In this document: positions 18,261-26,780 of the stretch, piece by piece
Layout: every line of letters starts with the position of its first letter
Position numbering within the stretch: the first letter of the stretch is position 1
DNA from: a virus
Taxonomy: Duplodnaviria; Caudoviricetes
Direction: 5' to 3' (one strand)
IMG/VR virus record: IMGVR_UViG_3300042884_000704
Location: 1 to 44,364 of that record
Length of the DNA: 44,364 bases
The notes under the pieces: model-generated
The model's database searches: none
What the model saw: only the letters and a program-made list of their open reading frames with translations
What the model was told of the DNA's origin: nothing
Position numbers and translations under genes: made by a program

Positions 18261-18443
18261 ATGGAATCTGTTGAAATCATCATCGACAAGACCGGCAAGG
18301 CGACCGTCGAGGTCAACGGCTGCACCGGCAAAGGCTGCGAGGCTGTGACCGAGGCAATCGAAAAGGCACTCGGTACGGTCGAATCGAACAATCGCAAACC
18401 GGAATTCTTCCAGCAAGGACAGAAGGCTGAGGCGAAGCGATGA
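18261..18443 (+). CDS. DUF2997 protein
   Basis: VEIIIDKTGKATVEVNGCTGKGCEAVTEAIEKALGTVESNNRKPEFF. Confidence 0.8.
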   Translation: MESVEIIIDKTGKATVEVNGCTGKGCEAVTEAIEKALGTVESNNRKPEFFQQGQKAEAKR

Positions 18444-18760
18444 CCCTTGCTGACTATCCAAAGGATCGACTGCGGTTTTACGAGATCAAGTTCCGGCGAT
18501 TGTCGACCGGATCTGCAATCGCTTTCGTCGCGGCGACCAAGGTCAAAAGACCGAGGGTCAGTCTGCGAGCTATCTTTCAGTGCAAGTTCCCAGGCTGGAT
18601 CTTTCAGGTCAAGGAAATCAGCCTTGAGGACTTCACTGATCGGATCGAAGCATCGCACGAAGCGAGCAAGATCGATGTTGACGTTCGGCATCCTGTCGCG
18701 TTGTTTGCCGAAGTGAAAAAGATTACTGGTAACTTTTTTGACCCATGGCGTTTCGTTTAG
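18440..18760 (+). CDS. hypothetical protein
   Basis: ATGA overlap with the upstream gene. Confidence 0.45.
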   Translation: MTLADYPKDRLRFYEIKFRRLSTGSAIAFVAATKVKRPRVSLRAIFQCKFPGWIFQVKEISLEDFTDRIEASHEASKIDVDVRHPVALFAEVKKITGNFFDPWRFV

Positions 18761-18776
18761 GCGTTCCGTGGCGTTG
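18750..18776 (+). promoter_or_regulatory. GTT-N15-GTGGCGTTG motif, copy 6
   Basis: At a gene junction. Confidence 0.65.
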
Positions 18777-18793
18777 TATATGCGAGGTGCAAT

Positions 18794-19033
18794 ATGGAAT
18801 TGACAATCGTTTTTGGTGAGTGCGTTGAAGCCATTTACAGCGACGAGCTGATCGATGTGCTGTCCGAGCTTGGTTCGGTTTCTGTGCGGCGAGCGTCGCA
18901 CGTTGAGCCTTGCGATGGTGGCTGGTCGGCTGATATGTCGCCTGTCGGTGGTCCAGTCCTCGGGGTGTTCCCGAAGCGACAAGAAGCGATCGACGCTGAG
19001 ATCGATTGGCTTAAATCAAACAAGGATTTATAA
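18794..19033 (+). CDS. conserved small protein of the DUF1257/DUF2997 module
   Basis: GAGG RBS; LGSVSVRRASHVEP...WSADMSPVGGPVLG.F..R.EA..AE..WL, a pattern recalled from planctomycete mobile modules. Confidence 0.65.
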   Translation: MELTIVFGECVEAIYSDELIDVLSELGSVSVRRASHVEPCDGGWSADMSPVGGPVLGVFPKRQEAIDAEIDWLKSNKDL

Positions 19034-19035
19034 CG

Positions 19036-19851
19036 ATGGGTTTTTCTAACGGGCAGGCTCACATCGGAGAGCCGATTGATTCGTACCACCTACGACCTGA
19101 ACTGTCTGCGAGCATGATTAAAACGCTGCTCGATTCACCGGAGATGTTTCACTGGCAGCACGTTCTAAATCGTCCTGCGGTCAAGCCGACCGACGCGATG
19201 GAACTCGGAACAGTGATCCATGAGGATCAACTGCTGGCAGTCTGGGAGCAGTCCTGGGTCGAGATTCCGGAGTCGGCGCTAAGCGGCAACGGCCACCGGC
19301 GCGGGGCAGCATGGGAGCAGTTCAAGCGTGAGAACAAAGGCAAGATCCTGCTCAAGTCCGATCAGATCGAAAAGATCAAGTGGATCCGAGAGGCGGTCGA
19401 ATCGAATCCGTTTGCGGCGAAGCTACTCGATGCGAGCAGTACGAACGCTCTGAACGAGATCACGATCACGGCCGATGCTCCGCTATCGGACGGCACAACT
19501 CAGGCGATGCGAGGGCGGCTCGACCGGCTGACGGATTTCGTCCTGGACTTCAAAACGATCAGCGACCTGGGCGAGCGAACGATCAAGTATCGACCGGTAG
19601 ACCATCGGTGGGATATCCAGGCCGTGAACTATCAATTGCTGGTCCAGTCGATTCGCGGCGGGTCGCTCCCTGATGTATACTTTATCGTAGTCGAGACAGC
19701 GGTCCCGTACCGTTGCGAGGTGATCTGTCCGTGTCAGCAAACGTTGGCGGCTGCTGCTCTGGTCCTGCAAGATGCGATTGAAGAAATCATCGAGCGAACC
19801 AAAAGCGGCAACTGGCATCGAACCGACTGGCCGGCTCCATTGATTTTTTAA
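19036..19851 (+). CDS. PD-(D/E)XK exonuclease (RecE/exonuclease VIII-like)
   Basis: YH...LSASMIK, AMELGTVIH, RGRLD...LDFKT, QAVNYQ, FIVVE. Confidence 0.85.
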   Translation: MGFSNGQAHIGEPIDSYHLRPELSASMIKTLLDSPEMFHWQHVLNRPAVKPTDAMELGTVIHEDQLLAVWEQSWVEIPESALSGNGHRRGAAWEQFKRENKGKILLKSDQIEKIKWIREAVESNPFAAKLLDASSTNALNEITITADAPLSDGTTQAMRGRLDRLTDFVLDFKTISDLGERTIKYRPVDHRWDIQAVNYQLLVQSIRGGSLPDVYFIVVETAVPYRCEVICPCQQTLAAAALVLQDAIEEIIERTKSGNWHRTDWPAPLIF

Positions 19852-19862
19852 GGAGGTCCAAA

Positions 19863-20186
19863 ATGAAGGACTTGAGTTTTGAGAAGGTGTTGCGTGACGA
19901 AGTTGAATCGTCGATCGAGGATATCGCTCTGTCGACGCGCAAGCGACCGATGGCCGCAGGGTCAAAGTTCGTGGACATTGTGATTCGCGTGGTCCGCAAG
20001 CTCGGCGCTGAGCAGTTAAAGAATCTCGACAAGGAAACGGCGTTGACCGTGGTCGGGACTGTCTACGATGATTTCGTGGCCAAGATCGATCTGCCGGGCG
20101 AGTACGATGTGATCATCCATGGACTGATTAAGCAGTCTGCTTTGGCTGCTCTTGCGATCGGCTACGATCAATTTATGAAAAAATAG
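19863..20186 (+). CDS. hypothetical protein
   Basis: AAGGAGG RBS. Confidence 0.65.
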   Translation: MKDLSFEKVLRDEVESSIEDIALSTRKRPMAAGSKFVDIVIRVVRKLGAEQLKNLDKETALTVVGTVYDDFVAKIDLPGEYDVIIHGLIKQSALAALAIGYDQFMKK

Positions 20187-20212
20187 TTGTCGGCCTTCGG
20201 TCGGTGGCGTTG
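20186..20212 (+). promoter_or_regulatory. GTT-N15-GTGGCGTTG motif, copy 7
   Basis: Intergenic. Confidence 0.65.
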
Positions 20213-20253
20213 TTTAGTTGAGAGTTTGTTTCTGTTCTCTAGGAGGTAGGTTT

Positions 20254-20688
20254 ATGAAGCGTTTCATTCTTGCAGGCTGGATGCTTGCTGTGTTGACGTT
20301 GCCAGCGCTCGGGCAAGTGTGCTCGAACGGTCAGTGTGCTTCGAGTCCATCGGATCGAGTGATCGGCTCGGTGGTTTCGGCTGCGGTCGAGATTCCGGTT
20401 CGAGTGGTCGAGCATGTGGTCTGCGAGGTTCAGCCTGTGCGGTCTGTGGTCTGTGCAAACGGACTGGCCCAATGGAAGGCAGAACGGCAGGCTGCAAGCG
20501 GTCGGCTGTATCACGTTGGCGGCGGCTTCAATGGCGGCTGTGCTGAGGGCGTGGGGTTCTCGACAAGCTCCCCGGACGCTGCGATTAAAAAGTGCTGCTA
20601 CTGGGGCCGAAAGCCTGTCCAGGAAATCGGCGTAGCGCGTGGCCGAAACGGATGGTACGCAACGGTAATTTACCGATCGAACTATTGA
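20254..20688 (+). CDS. secreted protein with CAP/SCP-like C-terminal region
   Basis: AGGAGG RBS; signal peptide MKRFILAGWMLAVLTLPALG; CSNGQC; HVGG..AEGVGF...IGVARGRNGWYAT. Confidence 0.6.
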   Translation: MKRFILAGWMLAVLTLPALGQVCSNGQCASSPSDRVIGSVVSAAVEIPVRVVEHVVCEVQPVRSVVCANGLAQWKAERQAASGRLYHVGGGFNGGCAEGVGFSTSSPDAAIKKCCYWGRKPVQEIGVARGRNGWYATVIYRSNY

Positions 20689-20694
20689 TCCATG

Positions 20695-20773
20695 CTCGGC
20701 AGTCGGAGGGAGAGGACCGGCTGTCGAGAATGAACGGTGCTCACGGACAGCACGCCGGACAAACGTAACCGGC
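20695..20773 (+). ncRNA. three-hairpin element with GGA-containing loops
   Basis: 12-bp stem with loop AGGGAGAGGA; 5-bp stem with loop CACGGAC; 5-bp GCCGG/CCGGC stem. Confidence 0.5.
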
Positions 20774-20779
20774 AAATAA

Positions 20780-20851
20780 TCCCTGTAAGTTTTGATGGCG
20801 AAACACCAAGCCTCGGCTTGGAGACGGAAGGTTCGAAGCCTTCACAGGGAA
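20780..20851 (+). ncRNA. tRNA-like RNA 1 (non-canonical anticodon loop)
   Basis: Acceptor TCCCTGT/ACAGGGA; D stem GTTT/AAAC; anticodon stem CCAAG/CTTGG with 6-nt loop CCTCGG; T arm GAAGG-TTCGAAG-CCTTC. Confidence 0.75.
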
Positions 20852-20853
20852 CT

Positions 20854-20966
20854 GGATCGGCGGCGTGGTGGCGACACGCGTGAGGTAGCAGCGAATCGAG
20901 TTCTGAGGACTGGCCGATGGCAGGAGCATTGCGATTCCTAGGCGGGTTTGAATCCTGCCCGATCCT
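20854..20966 (+). ncRNA. tRNA-like RNA 2 (expanded central domain)
   Basis: Acceptor GGATCGG/CCGATCC; D stem GCGT/ACGC; T arm GCGGG-TTTGAAT-CCTGC; about 60 nt in place of the anticodon and variable arms. Confidence 0.65.
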
Positions 20967-20969
20967 TTT

Positions 20970-21057
20970 GCCCCGGAAGTTATTGCGGAGGAACACGACG
21001 ACACGCGCCCTTAGGGTGAGCGGTTGCCGGGCGAGGGTCCGAATCCCTCTCGGGGCT
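20970..21057 (+). ncRNA. tRNA-like RNA 3 (elongated central stem)
   Basis: Acceptor GCCCCGG/TCGGGGC; T arm GAGGG-TCCGAAT-CCCTC; central hairpin capped GCCC-TTA-GGGT. Confidence 0.6.
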
Positions 21058-21068
21058 TTGGTTTTTTG

Positions 21069-21095
21069 GTTGTCGCTGCCGGTTCGGTGGCGTTG
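21069..21095 (+). promoter_or_regulatory. GTT-N15-GTGGCGTTG motif, copy 8
   Basis: Upstream of the ERF gene. Confidence 0.65.
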
Positions 21096-21127
21096 TATAG
21101 GTGGCTCCAATACGAAAGGGAAAAGCC

Positions 21128-21955
21128 ATGTTTCACTCAGAAAAGATAGACTTGCTGGCGGCTGCATTAGCGAAGTTTCACGCCGAGTGTCCAAAGATTA
21201 CCAAGGACACCAAGAACGACTATTTCAAGTCGAAATACGCCGATCTCGGAACCATCCTCGCGGTGGTCAATCCGGTTCTGGCAAATTGCGGTTTGTCGGT
21301 CGTTCAGATGCCGACGGGCGACAATATGCTGCAAACGCTGCTGCTACACCAGTCCGGCCAGTGGATCAAGGGCGAGAGCGTGATGCGACCGCTTGAGGCG
21401 GTGATTCGTCGTGATGCGAACAAGAACGATATTATGGGAATCACACCGCAGGCTCTAGGGTCTGCAATCACCTACCAGAGACGCTACGCGCTGGCTGCGA
21501 TTCTTAGCCTGTGCATCGATGACGACGACGACGGAAACGCTGCGTCTGCGACCGGCATGAAACCGGGCGACAAGGCGAGGTCGCAGCAACCAGTCGTCGA
21601 GCAGGAAACCAAGCCTGAAACCAAGCCACCGCCAGTCGAGCTTCTGACCGACGAAAAGATCAACGACATTATGGGTAAGCTACAGGCTGCTACCCTGGAT
21701 CAACTCCCGAAGATGGAAGCTGCGTTGTCGAACCATGGTATCCGTGGCGCGATCAAAAAGGATGACTGGTCGATTCTTGCGGCTGCAATGCTGGACCGTT
21801 GGTACACGGTTTCAACATCGGCTAAGGGACTCGGTGAAGTGGCGAATACGGTTGTGGCGTACCGATCGAAAGCCATACTGACCGACGAACAGTTCGCTAA
21901 GCTGACCGAAAAGTTCAAGACGCAACTCAATACCCTGACCCCTGAAAACGGATAG
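21128..21955 (+). CDS. erf: ERF-family single-strand annealing protein
   Basis: KDTKNDYFKSKYADL...GLSVVQ...LLHQSGQWI...PQALGSAITYQRRYALAAIL..DDDDGN. Confidence 0.9.
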   Translation: MFHSEKIDLLAAALAKFHAECPKITKDTKNDYFKSKYADLGTILAVVNPVLANCGLSVVQMPTGDNMLQTLLLHQSGQWIKGESVMRPLEAVIRRDANKNDIMGITPQALGSAITYQRRYALAAILSLCIDDDDDGNAASATGMKPGDKARSQQPVVEQETKPETKPPPVELLTDEKINDIMGKLQAATLDQLPKMEAALSNHGIRGAIKKDDWSILAAAMLDRWYTVSTSAKGLGEVANTVVAYRSKAILTDEQFAKLTEKFKTQLNTLTPENG

Positions 21956-21956
21956 C

Positions 21957-22262
21957 ATGACCGATTACGAAGTAATTTTGGCACTTACAAAGGCTGCGAT
22001 GCAAGCGTACATCATGGCCGATCCGAAGCTGGAATGGACGACGGAAGAAATCGCGGAGATGGCTGTCGACCAAGCTCTTGCCGTACAACTCGAATTGAAA
22101 CGAAGGAAAAATGACAAGCAAAAAAACAATAGCGACGAGCCTTTTGATTCTCGATCCAAGACTCCAATGTCGGGATTCGGTCCCGGAGGCTCTGATCAAA
22201 GAGTACGAGGACCTCTGGCGAGAAAAAGTGACTTTCCCACCGGTCCAGGCTTTCGAGGTTGA
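21957..22262 (+). CDS. possible small hypothetical protein
   Basis: Plausible first 50 aa, but overlaps the next gene by about 150 nt. Confidence 0.3.
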   Translation: MTDYEVILALTKAAMQAYIMADPKLEWTTEEIAEMAVDQALAVQLELKRRKNDKQKNNSDEPFDSRSKTPMSGFGPGGSDQRVRGPLARKSDFPTGPGFRG

Positions 22263-23019
22263 CGGTCAACTGCTGGTCGTCGATGGGTTCTGCCGAGTGC
22301 TTGCGGCGCAGAATGTCGGCAAATCCAGGATCGAAGCGACGGTGACGAAAGGTACTTTTCAGGATGCTTTGCGTGCTGCTTGCGGTGCGAATGCTTCACA
22401 CGGCCACCGAAGGACTCAAGCAGATAAACGCAAGGCTGCGGGAATTGCAATCGCAGAGTTCCCGGATGAAACGTCTCGCGTCTTGGCTGCGATGGTCGGC
22501 GTGAGTCACACCTATATCGTAAGCCTGCGAGAGAAGGACAAGAAGCTCGACGCGATCATCGAGCAGGCGGCTGCTGGCGTGGTCCCGGACTTGAACTCCG
22601 AGCCAAAGCCGAAGCGTGAGAAACCACCAGCCAAGGTCGATGCGGTGATTCCCGTATCGGGTTGGAAGTGCTCTGACTGTGCTGGCGTGACTCAAGTGCT
22701 GACCGACGGCGGGTACGCTTGCTCGGCGTGCCTGTGTCCGGTCGGTGATTCGGTGGCCGAACCTGAGAGCAATCCAGCGGTCGAACCTGCGGACCCTGAA
22801 ACGGACCTGGGCGACGAAGACCCGTTTGCTGATACCAATGAAAAACCAGGGAAAGAGCCTGGACCCTTGGAAACGTTTACAGACCCGGACCCTGAAAAGC
22901 TCGGTGCTGTGCATACCGCCTGGGGTCGATTCATCAGGGCGTGCGAGCAGGCAAATTGCAGTCATGCGATCAAGGTTGAAATCGAAGCGATGACGAAGAA
23001 GCTCAAAGGACTGCAATGA
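22111..23019 (+). CDS. ParB/Srx-domain protein with HTH and Zn-finger
   Basis: FPPVQAF..DGQLLVVDGFCRVLA; NASHGHRRT..DKR; HTH TSRVLAAMVGVSHTYI; CSDC...CSAC. Confidence 0.75.
   Translation: MTSKKTIATSLLILDPRLQCRDSVPEALIKEYEDLWREKVTFPPVQAFEVDGQLLVVDGFCRVLAAQNVGKSRIEATVTKGTFQDALRAACGANASHGHRRTQADKRKAAGIAIAEFPDETSRVLAAMVGVSHTYIVSLREKDKKLDAIIEQAAAGVVPDLNSEPKPKREKPPAKVDAVIPVSGWKCSDCAGVTQVLTDGGYACSACLCPVGDSVAEPESNPAVEPADPETDLGDEDPFADTNEKPGKEPGPLETFTDPDPEKLGAVHTAWGRFIRACEQANCSHAIKVEIEAMTKKLKGLQ
22868..22881. repeat. palindrome copy 5
   Basis: TGGAAACGTTTACA inside the ParB-like gene. Confidence 0.75.
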
Positions 23020-23225
23020 TCCGCATTCGGTTTGTCCACGACGATGAAACAAAAAAAGTATCGTCGCTTAAATTCGTCTCGACGAAGGACGATGATGCGA
23101 CTTTGGATTTCTTGACGAAACTTTGTAGCGTGATGCTTCGCGGCGGCGTTATTGTGATGGACCAAGGGCTGGCAACGGAAGTGACCTACGAAGCTCCTGG
23201 TGTTGATGTTGTCGAAATCAAGTGA
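23016..23225 (+). CDS. hypothetical protein
   Basis: ATGA coupling to the upstream gene. Confidence 0.5.
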   Translation: MIRIRFVHDDETKKVSSLKFVSTKDDDATLDFLTKLCSVMLRGGVIVMDQGLATEVTYEAPGVDVVEIK

Positions 23226-23232
23226 GGGGAAG

Positions 23233-24840
23233 ATGACCACTGTCAATTGGCCACACCAGGACCGAGCTAAGGAACGAATCAGGGACGCTAGACTCCGTGG
23301 GATCGGGTCGGTGATTGCTGCTGCACCTTGCGGGGCGGGCAAGTCGCGCGTGATGCAACAACTGACCGAGGAAGAAGTCGCAGCGGGTGGAAACGTTCGC
23401 ATCTATCTCCACAGAACAATGCTCAAAGAGCAGCTATCGGCTGCGTTCACTCGGGCGGGGGTCGACCATGGAATCATGGCCGCAGGTCACGAGTACGACG
23501 AATCGAAGGCGGTTCAGATCTGCATGACCGATTCGGTGTTCGCTCGGGCGATTCGCAAGTCGACCTGGGACCTCGGAAGTCCATCGTTGGTGCTGTTTGA
23601 CGAGGCGCACCTGCAAACCAAAAACAAGGCGATCTCGATCGTCAAAGGCGGCTCGACTGCTGGCGGCGCGACCTGGGAAGGGCATCAGGCTCGGGGTGCA
23701 TTCATCCTGGGGCTGTCTGCTACCCCGGTCGGATGCGGCGAGCTGTACGACGAACTGATCGACTTCGGGACGTACTCGGAAATGCGCAAGGTCAAAGCTC
23801 ACTTGCCGGTGCGGGTGTACTCTCCGAGCGAAATCGACTGTACTGGACTCAAGCAGGACGTTGACAACGAATTCAGTTCAACGCAACTCGAACCACGAAC
23901 GTACAAGATTTTTGGCGATGCGTACGCAAACTGGCGAAAGCTCAACCCGGACAGCAAGCCGACGATCCTGTTCGCTCCGTCTGTTCCGGCGTCGCGTTGG
24001 TTCGCTGAGGAATGGGCCAAGATGGGTGTCCCGGTCGCTCATATCGACGGCGAAACGTGCCTGTTGCCTCACCGAAGTTCAACCGGATCGATCGTCCTGG
24101 AGACCTACGACACGACTCCGGAGACTCGCGCTCAGGTTATGGAAATGTCCCGGACGGGTGAAATCAAGCTGCTGACGAATCGATTCATTCTGCGCGAGGC
24201 AATCGATATGCCTTGGCTCTACCATGGGATCGCGGCGACCGTATTCGGCGGGATCGCTACCTACCTGCAATCGGTCGGTCGGATCCAGAGGTACTTTCCG
24301 GACTACGAGTTTAAGATCTGGCAGAGTCATGGCGGGTGCTACTGGCGGCATGGAAGCCCGAACGTCGATCGAGACTGGACGCTCGGCTGCACGAACAAGA
24401 CGATCGCTCAGGGGCGAGCAACGCAAATCTCGAAGGCTGAAAAACCACAGGACGTCGAAGGCATCTGCTGCCCGAAGTGTTCGGTGTGGCGTCAGTACGG
24501 CCAGCGTTGTCCTGGGTGCGGACATGCTCATGCTCAGTCGGTGCGCAAAGTCCAGATGATGACCGGCGAACTGAAACTGATGCGGGGGCTAGTCAACAAG
24601 CAAAAGAAGTCGAAGCAAAAAACTGCGAATCAAATCTGGGTGTCGACTCTGTTCGCAATGAGCAGGTCCGGCAAGCCGGTCAGTAGTGCGGTCGGCGTGT
24701 GGCGATCTCGCTGCGAGCAGAACGGCGTCTGGGCAAATGCTGCCGAGCTTCGGTTCCCACCGCCAGAGCAACATTCGGTAGACTGGCATCGGCTGGTCTG
24801 TGACGTTTACCCTTGGACCAGGAGCAAGGTGGCCAAATGA
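23233..24840 (+). CDS. superfamily 2 DNA helicase (RadD/YejH-like)
   Basis: APCGAGKS, DEAH, LSATP, QSVGRIQR; C-terminal CPKC/CPGC. Confidence 0.9.
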   Translation: MTTVNWPHQDRAKERIRDARLRGIGSVIAAAPCGAGKSRVMQQLTEEEVAAGGNVRIYLHRTMLKEQLSAAFTRAGVDHGIMAAGHEYDESKAVQICMTDSVFARAIRKSTWDLGSPSLVLFDEAHLQTKNKAISIVKGGSTAGGATWEGHQARGAFILGLSATPVGCGELYDELIDFGTYSEMRKVKAHLPVRVYSPSEIDCTGLKQDVDNEFSSTQLEPRTYKIFGDAYANWRKLNPDSKPTILFAPSVPASRWFAEEWAKMGVPVAHIDGETCLLPHRSSTGSIVLETYDTTPETRAQVMEMSRTGEIKLLTNRFILREAIDMPWLYHGIAATVFGGIATYLQSVGRIQRYFPDYEFKIWQSHGGCYWRHGSPNVDRDWTLGCTNKTIAQGRATQISKAEKPQDVEGICCPKCSVWRQYGQRCPGCGHAHAQSVRKVQMMTGELKLMRGLVNKQKKSKQKTANQIWVSTLFAMSRSGKPVSSAVGVWRSRCEQNGVWANAAELRFPPPEQHSVDWHRLVCDVYPWTRSKVAK

Positions 24841-25388
24841 GCTGGATGGAATTCGTATCGAGGAAACAACTGGCCGGCTGGTTACTGTGGAGCGACCAGG
24901 GGCAAAGGTTCCTAAGTTGGCTGCTGAGGAAACACTGGAAGCAAATCCTGTCGACCGAGGCCGGATTCGCGGCGTCTGAATGGATCCGAAAGAAGATCAT
25001 CGAGGAAGAACAGCAAAGCGTCGCTGGTCGTAGAATCGTGATCGAGAGGTTCCCGGACGGGTTCCTGAAAGTGTATGCGGAAAAAGGCGATGTCGTTTTT
25101 ATTCACCGACTGGCGGTGTCTGGCGACCGAGCAGAGGTGCTCGAAGAACAACTGGCGAGTTTGAATTGCCCGATGCGAGCAAGAGAGGTCTACAATGGCA
25201 GGGTGTTGGCAACGGATTTCTATGTCGGGCGAACCGTGGACCAAGAGGTCAAGCGGCAGTCCCGAATCGCAATCTCCGAGGCAATCGGTCGACCGGATCC
25301 TAAGAAGAATCGAATCGACTGCAAACCTGGAGCTAGTGATAACGTCGTTGGAGCTGGTCGAGCACTCGGACAGGCCGGAGCTGTTTGA
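24837..25388 (+). CDS. hypothetical protein
   Basis: ATGA overlap with the helicase stop. Confidence 0.55.
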   Translation: MSWMEFVSRKQLAGWLLWSDQGQRFLSWLLRKHWKQILSTEAGFAASEWIRKKIIEEEQQSVAGRRIVIERFPDGFLKVYAEKGDVVFIHRLAVSGDRAEVLEEQLASLNCPMRAREVYNGRVLATDFYVGRTVDQEVKRQSRIAISEAIGRPDPKKNRIDCKPGASDNVVGAGRALGQAGAV

Positions 25389-25846
25389 TGGGATCTGCAA
25401 AGGGTGGGAAGAAAAAACGCACAAAAGTCTGCTGCGAGAACTCCGACAAGCCCTGGGACCAGGAGCAGTATTCGGCTAGTGCTGAGTATCACTCGATGCG
25501 AGCTTTGTTCGCGTGCTGCTGGGCCTGTAACGCGTCGCGCTGTCCGATGGAGTATTATGGGCCGTGGTTGATCGAACGTGCTCACATCGCAAATAAGCCC
25601 CGCAGGGAGGACCGTCGGCTGGTAGTGATGCTCTGCACGATCTGTCACAAGACCCAACACGGCGAACGGCTCTCGGGGTTCGATCGACCGAAGCTGACCG
25701 TCGGGCAAATGCTCGAGCTGAAACGGGAGTGCGACCCTGAATGGTACGACCCGGAATTCGTCCAGCGGCATTCGATCAGGCGGCTGTACTCGGAGCCAGT
25801 CGTCAGTTGGTACTTTGAGGAAAGGATGCGAAACCGTGGTTCTTGA
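25385..25846 (+). CDS. HNH-like/Zn-binding nuclease-fold protein
   Basis: CWAC...IERAHI...MLCTICHKTQH. Confidence 0.6.
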   Translation: MMGSAKGGKKKRTKVCCENSDKPWDQEQYSASAEYHSMRALFACCWACNASRCPMEYYGPWLIERAHIANKPRREDRRLVVMLCTICHKTQHGERLSGFDRPKLTVGQMLELKRECDPEWYDPEFVQRHSIRRLYSEPVVSWYFEERMRNRGS

Positions 25847-26195
25847 TCTTCCATACCCGAAAGGGATCACCGCCCACAATGAGGGCCACTGGCGAACCAA
25901 AAGCAAGCCGGTATCGGATCTGAGGCTGATTGCCAAGATGATCGCGCTGGACCAAATGGCTCGGGGGCAGTCGGCCGTAAAAGGCGAGCATGTGATCAAC
26001 TACCGGTTCTACGTCGAGGACAATAAGCGACGGGACCGAGCCAACATGATCCAGATATGCAAGGCTCTGATTGATGGCGTGGTCGATGCCGGCGCGATCG
26101 ATGGCGACCACTGGCAAATCTCCTGGATTGGGACAGTCGAGGTCGAGATTCGGAAGGGAAATCCTGGTGTTCGGCTAGAGATTTTGCCGAAATAG
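25815..26195 (+). CDS. rusA: RusA-like Holliday junction resolvase
   Basis: VLDLPYP...RRDRANMIQICKALIDGVVDAGAIDGD; start codon uncertain. Confidence 0.75.
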   Translation: MRKGCETVVLDLPYPKGITAHNEGHWRTKSKPVSDLRLIAKMIALDQMARGQSAVKGEHVINYRFYVEDNKRRDRANMIQICKALIDGVVDAGAIDGDHWQISWIGTVEVEIRKGNPGVRLEILPK

Positions 26196-26300
26196 TGTTC
26201 ACTGAGCCTGGACACCCTCGGGGGTGGCGGTTACAATTTGGTCTGTGACGGGTCAATAACCCGGTTGTTTCTTCGGAATTGTGGATGAAAGGGCAGTAAA

Positions 26301-26780
26301 ATGCTTGAAGTTCTTGAAGTTCTTGATGGTTTGCAAGGTGTGATTCAATCGAAGCTCCGAGGCGTGGAGGGCAAGGTCGATGTCGAGGACGTTATGCAGG
26401 ATGCGGCCGTGGCAATCCTGACTGCTTACGCTCAGGCCCCGCGGACCAAAGCGATCTGGACGGCCAAATCCGCAAGGCGCAAGGCTTGGTGCGACTCGCG
26501 ACGGGACCACGACTGGCTGGTGTCGGGCGAAAACCCGAATCAAGAATGCAAGTCCGACCCTCTCGAAGCGATGATCTTGGGCGAGCAAATCGAAGGGCTC
26601 GAAGCTGGCTTTGCCGGTATGGATGCGAACATCGAGATGGCGGTCAAGATGCGATTCTATGAGGATCGGACCTACGACGAAATCGGACAGGCTTTCGGTT
26701 GCTCGGGAACCTGGGCCGCAAAGATGGTCAAGGCTGGACTGGAAACCCTGCGAACCGCGGTCGGGGGCGACGATGAGTAA
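26301..26780 (+). CDS. ECF-type sigma-70 factor
   Basis: Region 2 DVEDVMQDA; region 4 AVKMRFYEDRTYDEIGQAFGCS...MVKAGLETLR. Confidence 0.8.
   Translation: MLEVLEVLDGLQGVIQSKLRGVEGKVDVEDVMQDAAVAILTAYAQAPRTKAIWTAKSARRKAWCDSRRDHDWLVSGENPNQECKSDPLEAMILGEQIEGLEAGFAGMDANIEMAVKMRFYEDRTYDEIGQAFGCSGTWAAKMVKAGLETLRTAVGGDDE

Noticed and set aside
20780-20851. Functional tRNA-Arg(TCG) or tRNA-Pro(CGG)
   Set aside because: Anticodon loop is 6 nt and position 8 is A, so no isotype can be assigned
13308-21095. CRISPR array interpretation of the recurring GTGGCGTTG motif
   Set aside because: Copies are short, separated by whole genes and irregularly spaced; no cas genes
23388-23401. TGGAAACGTTCGCA as a ninth palindrome
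   Set aside because: Two mismatches in the right arm
26224-26237. GTGGCGGTTACAAT as a motif copy upstream of the sigma gene
   Set aside because: Mismatch in the core and no GTT at the 15-nt spacing; may simply be a sigma70 -10 (TACAAT)
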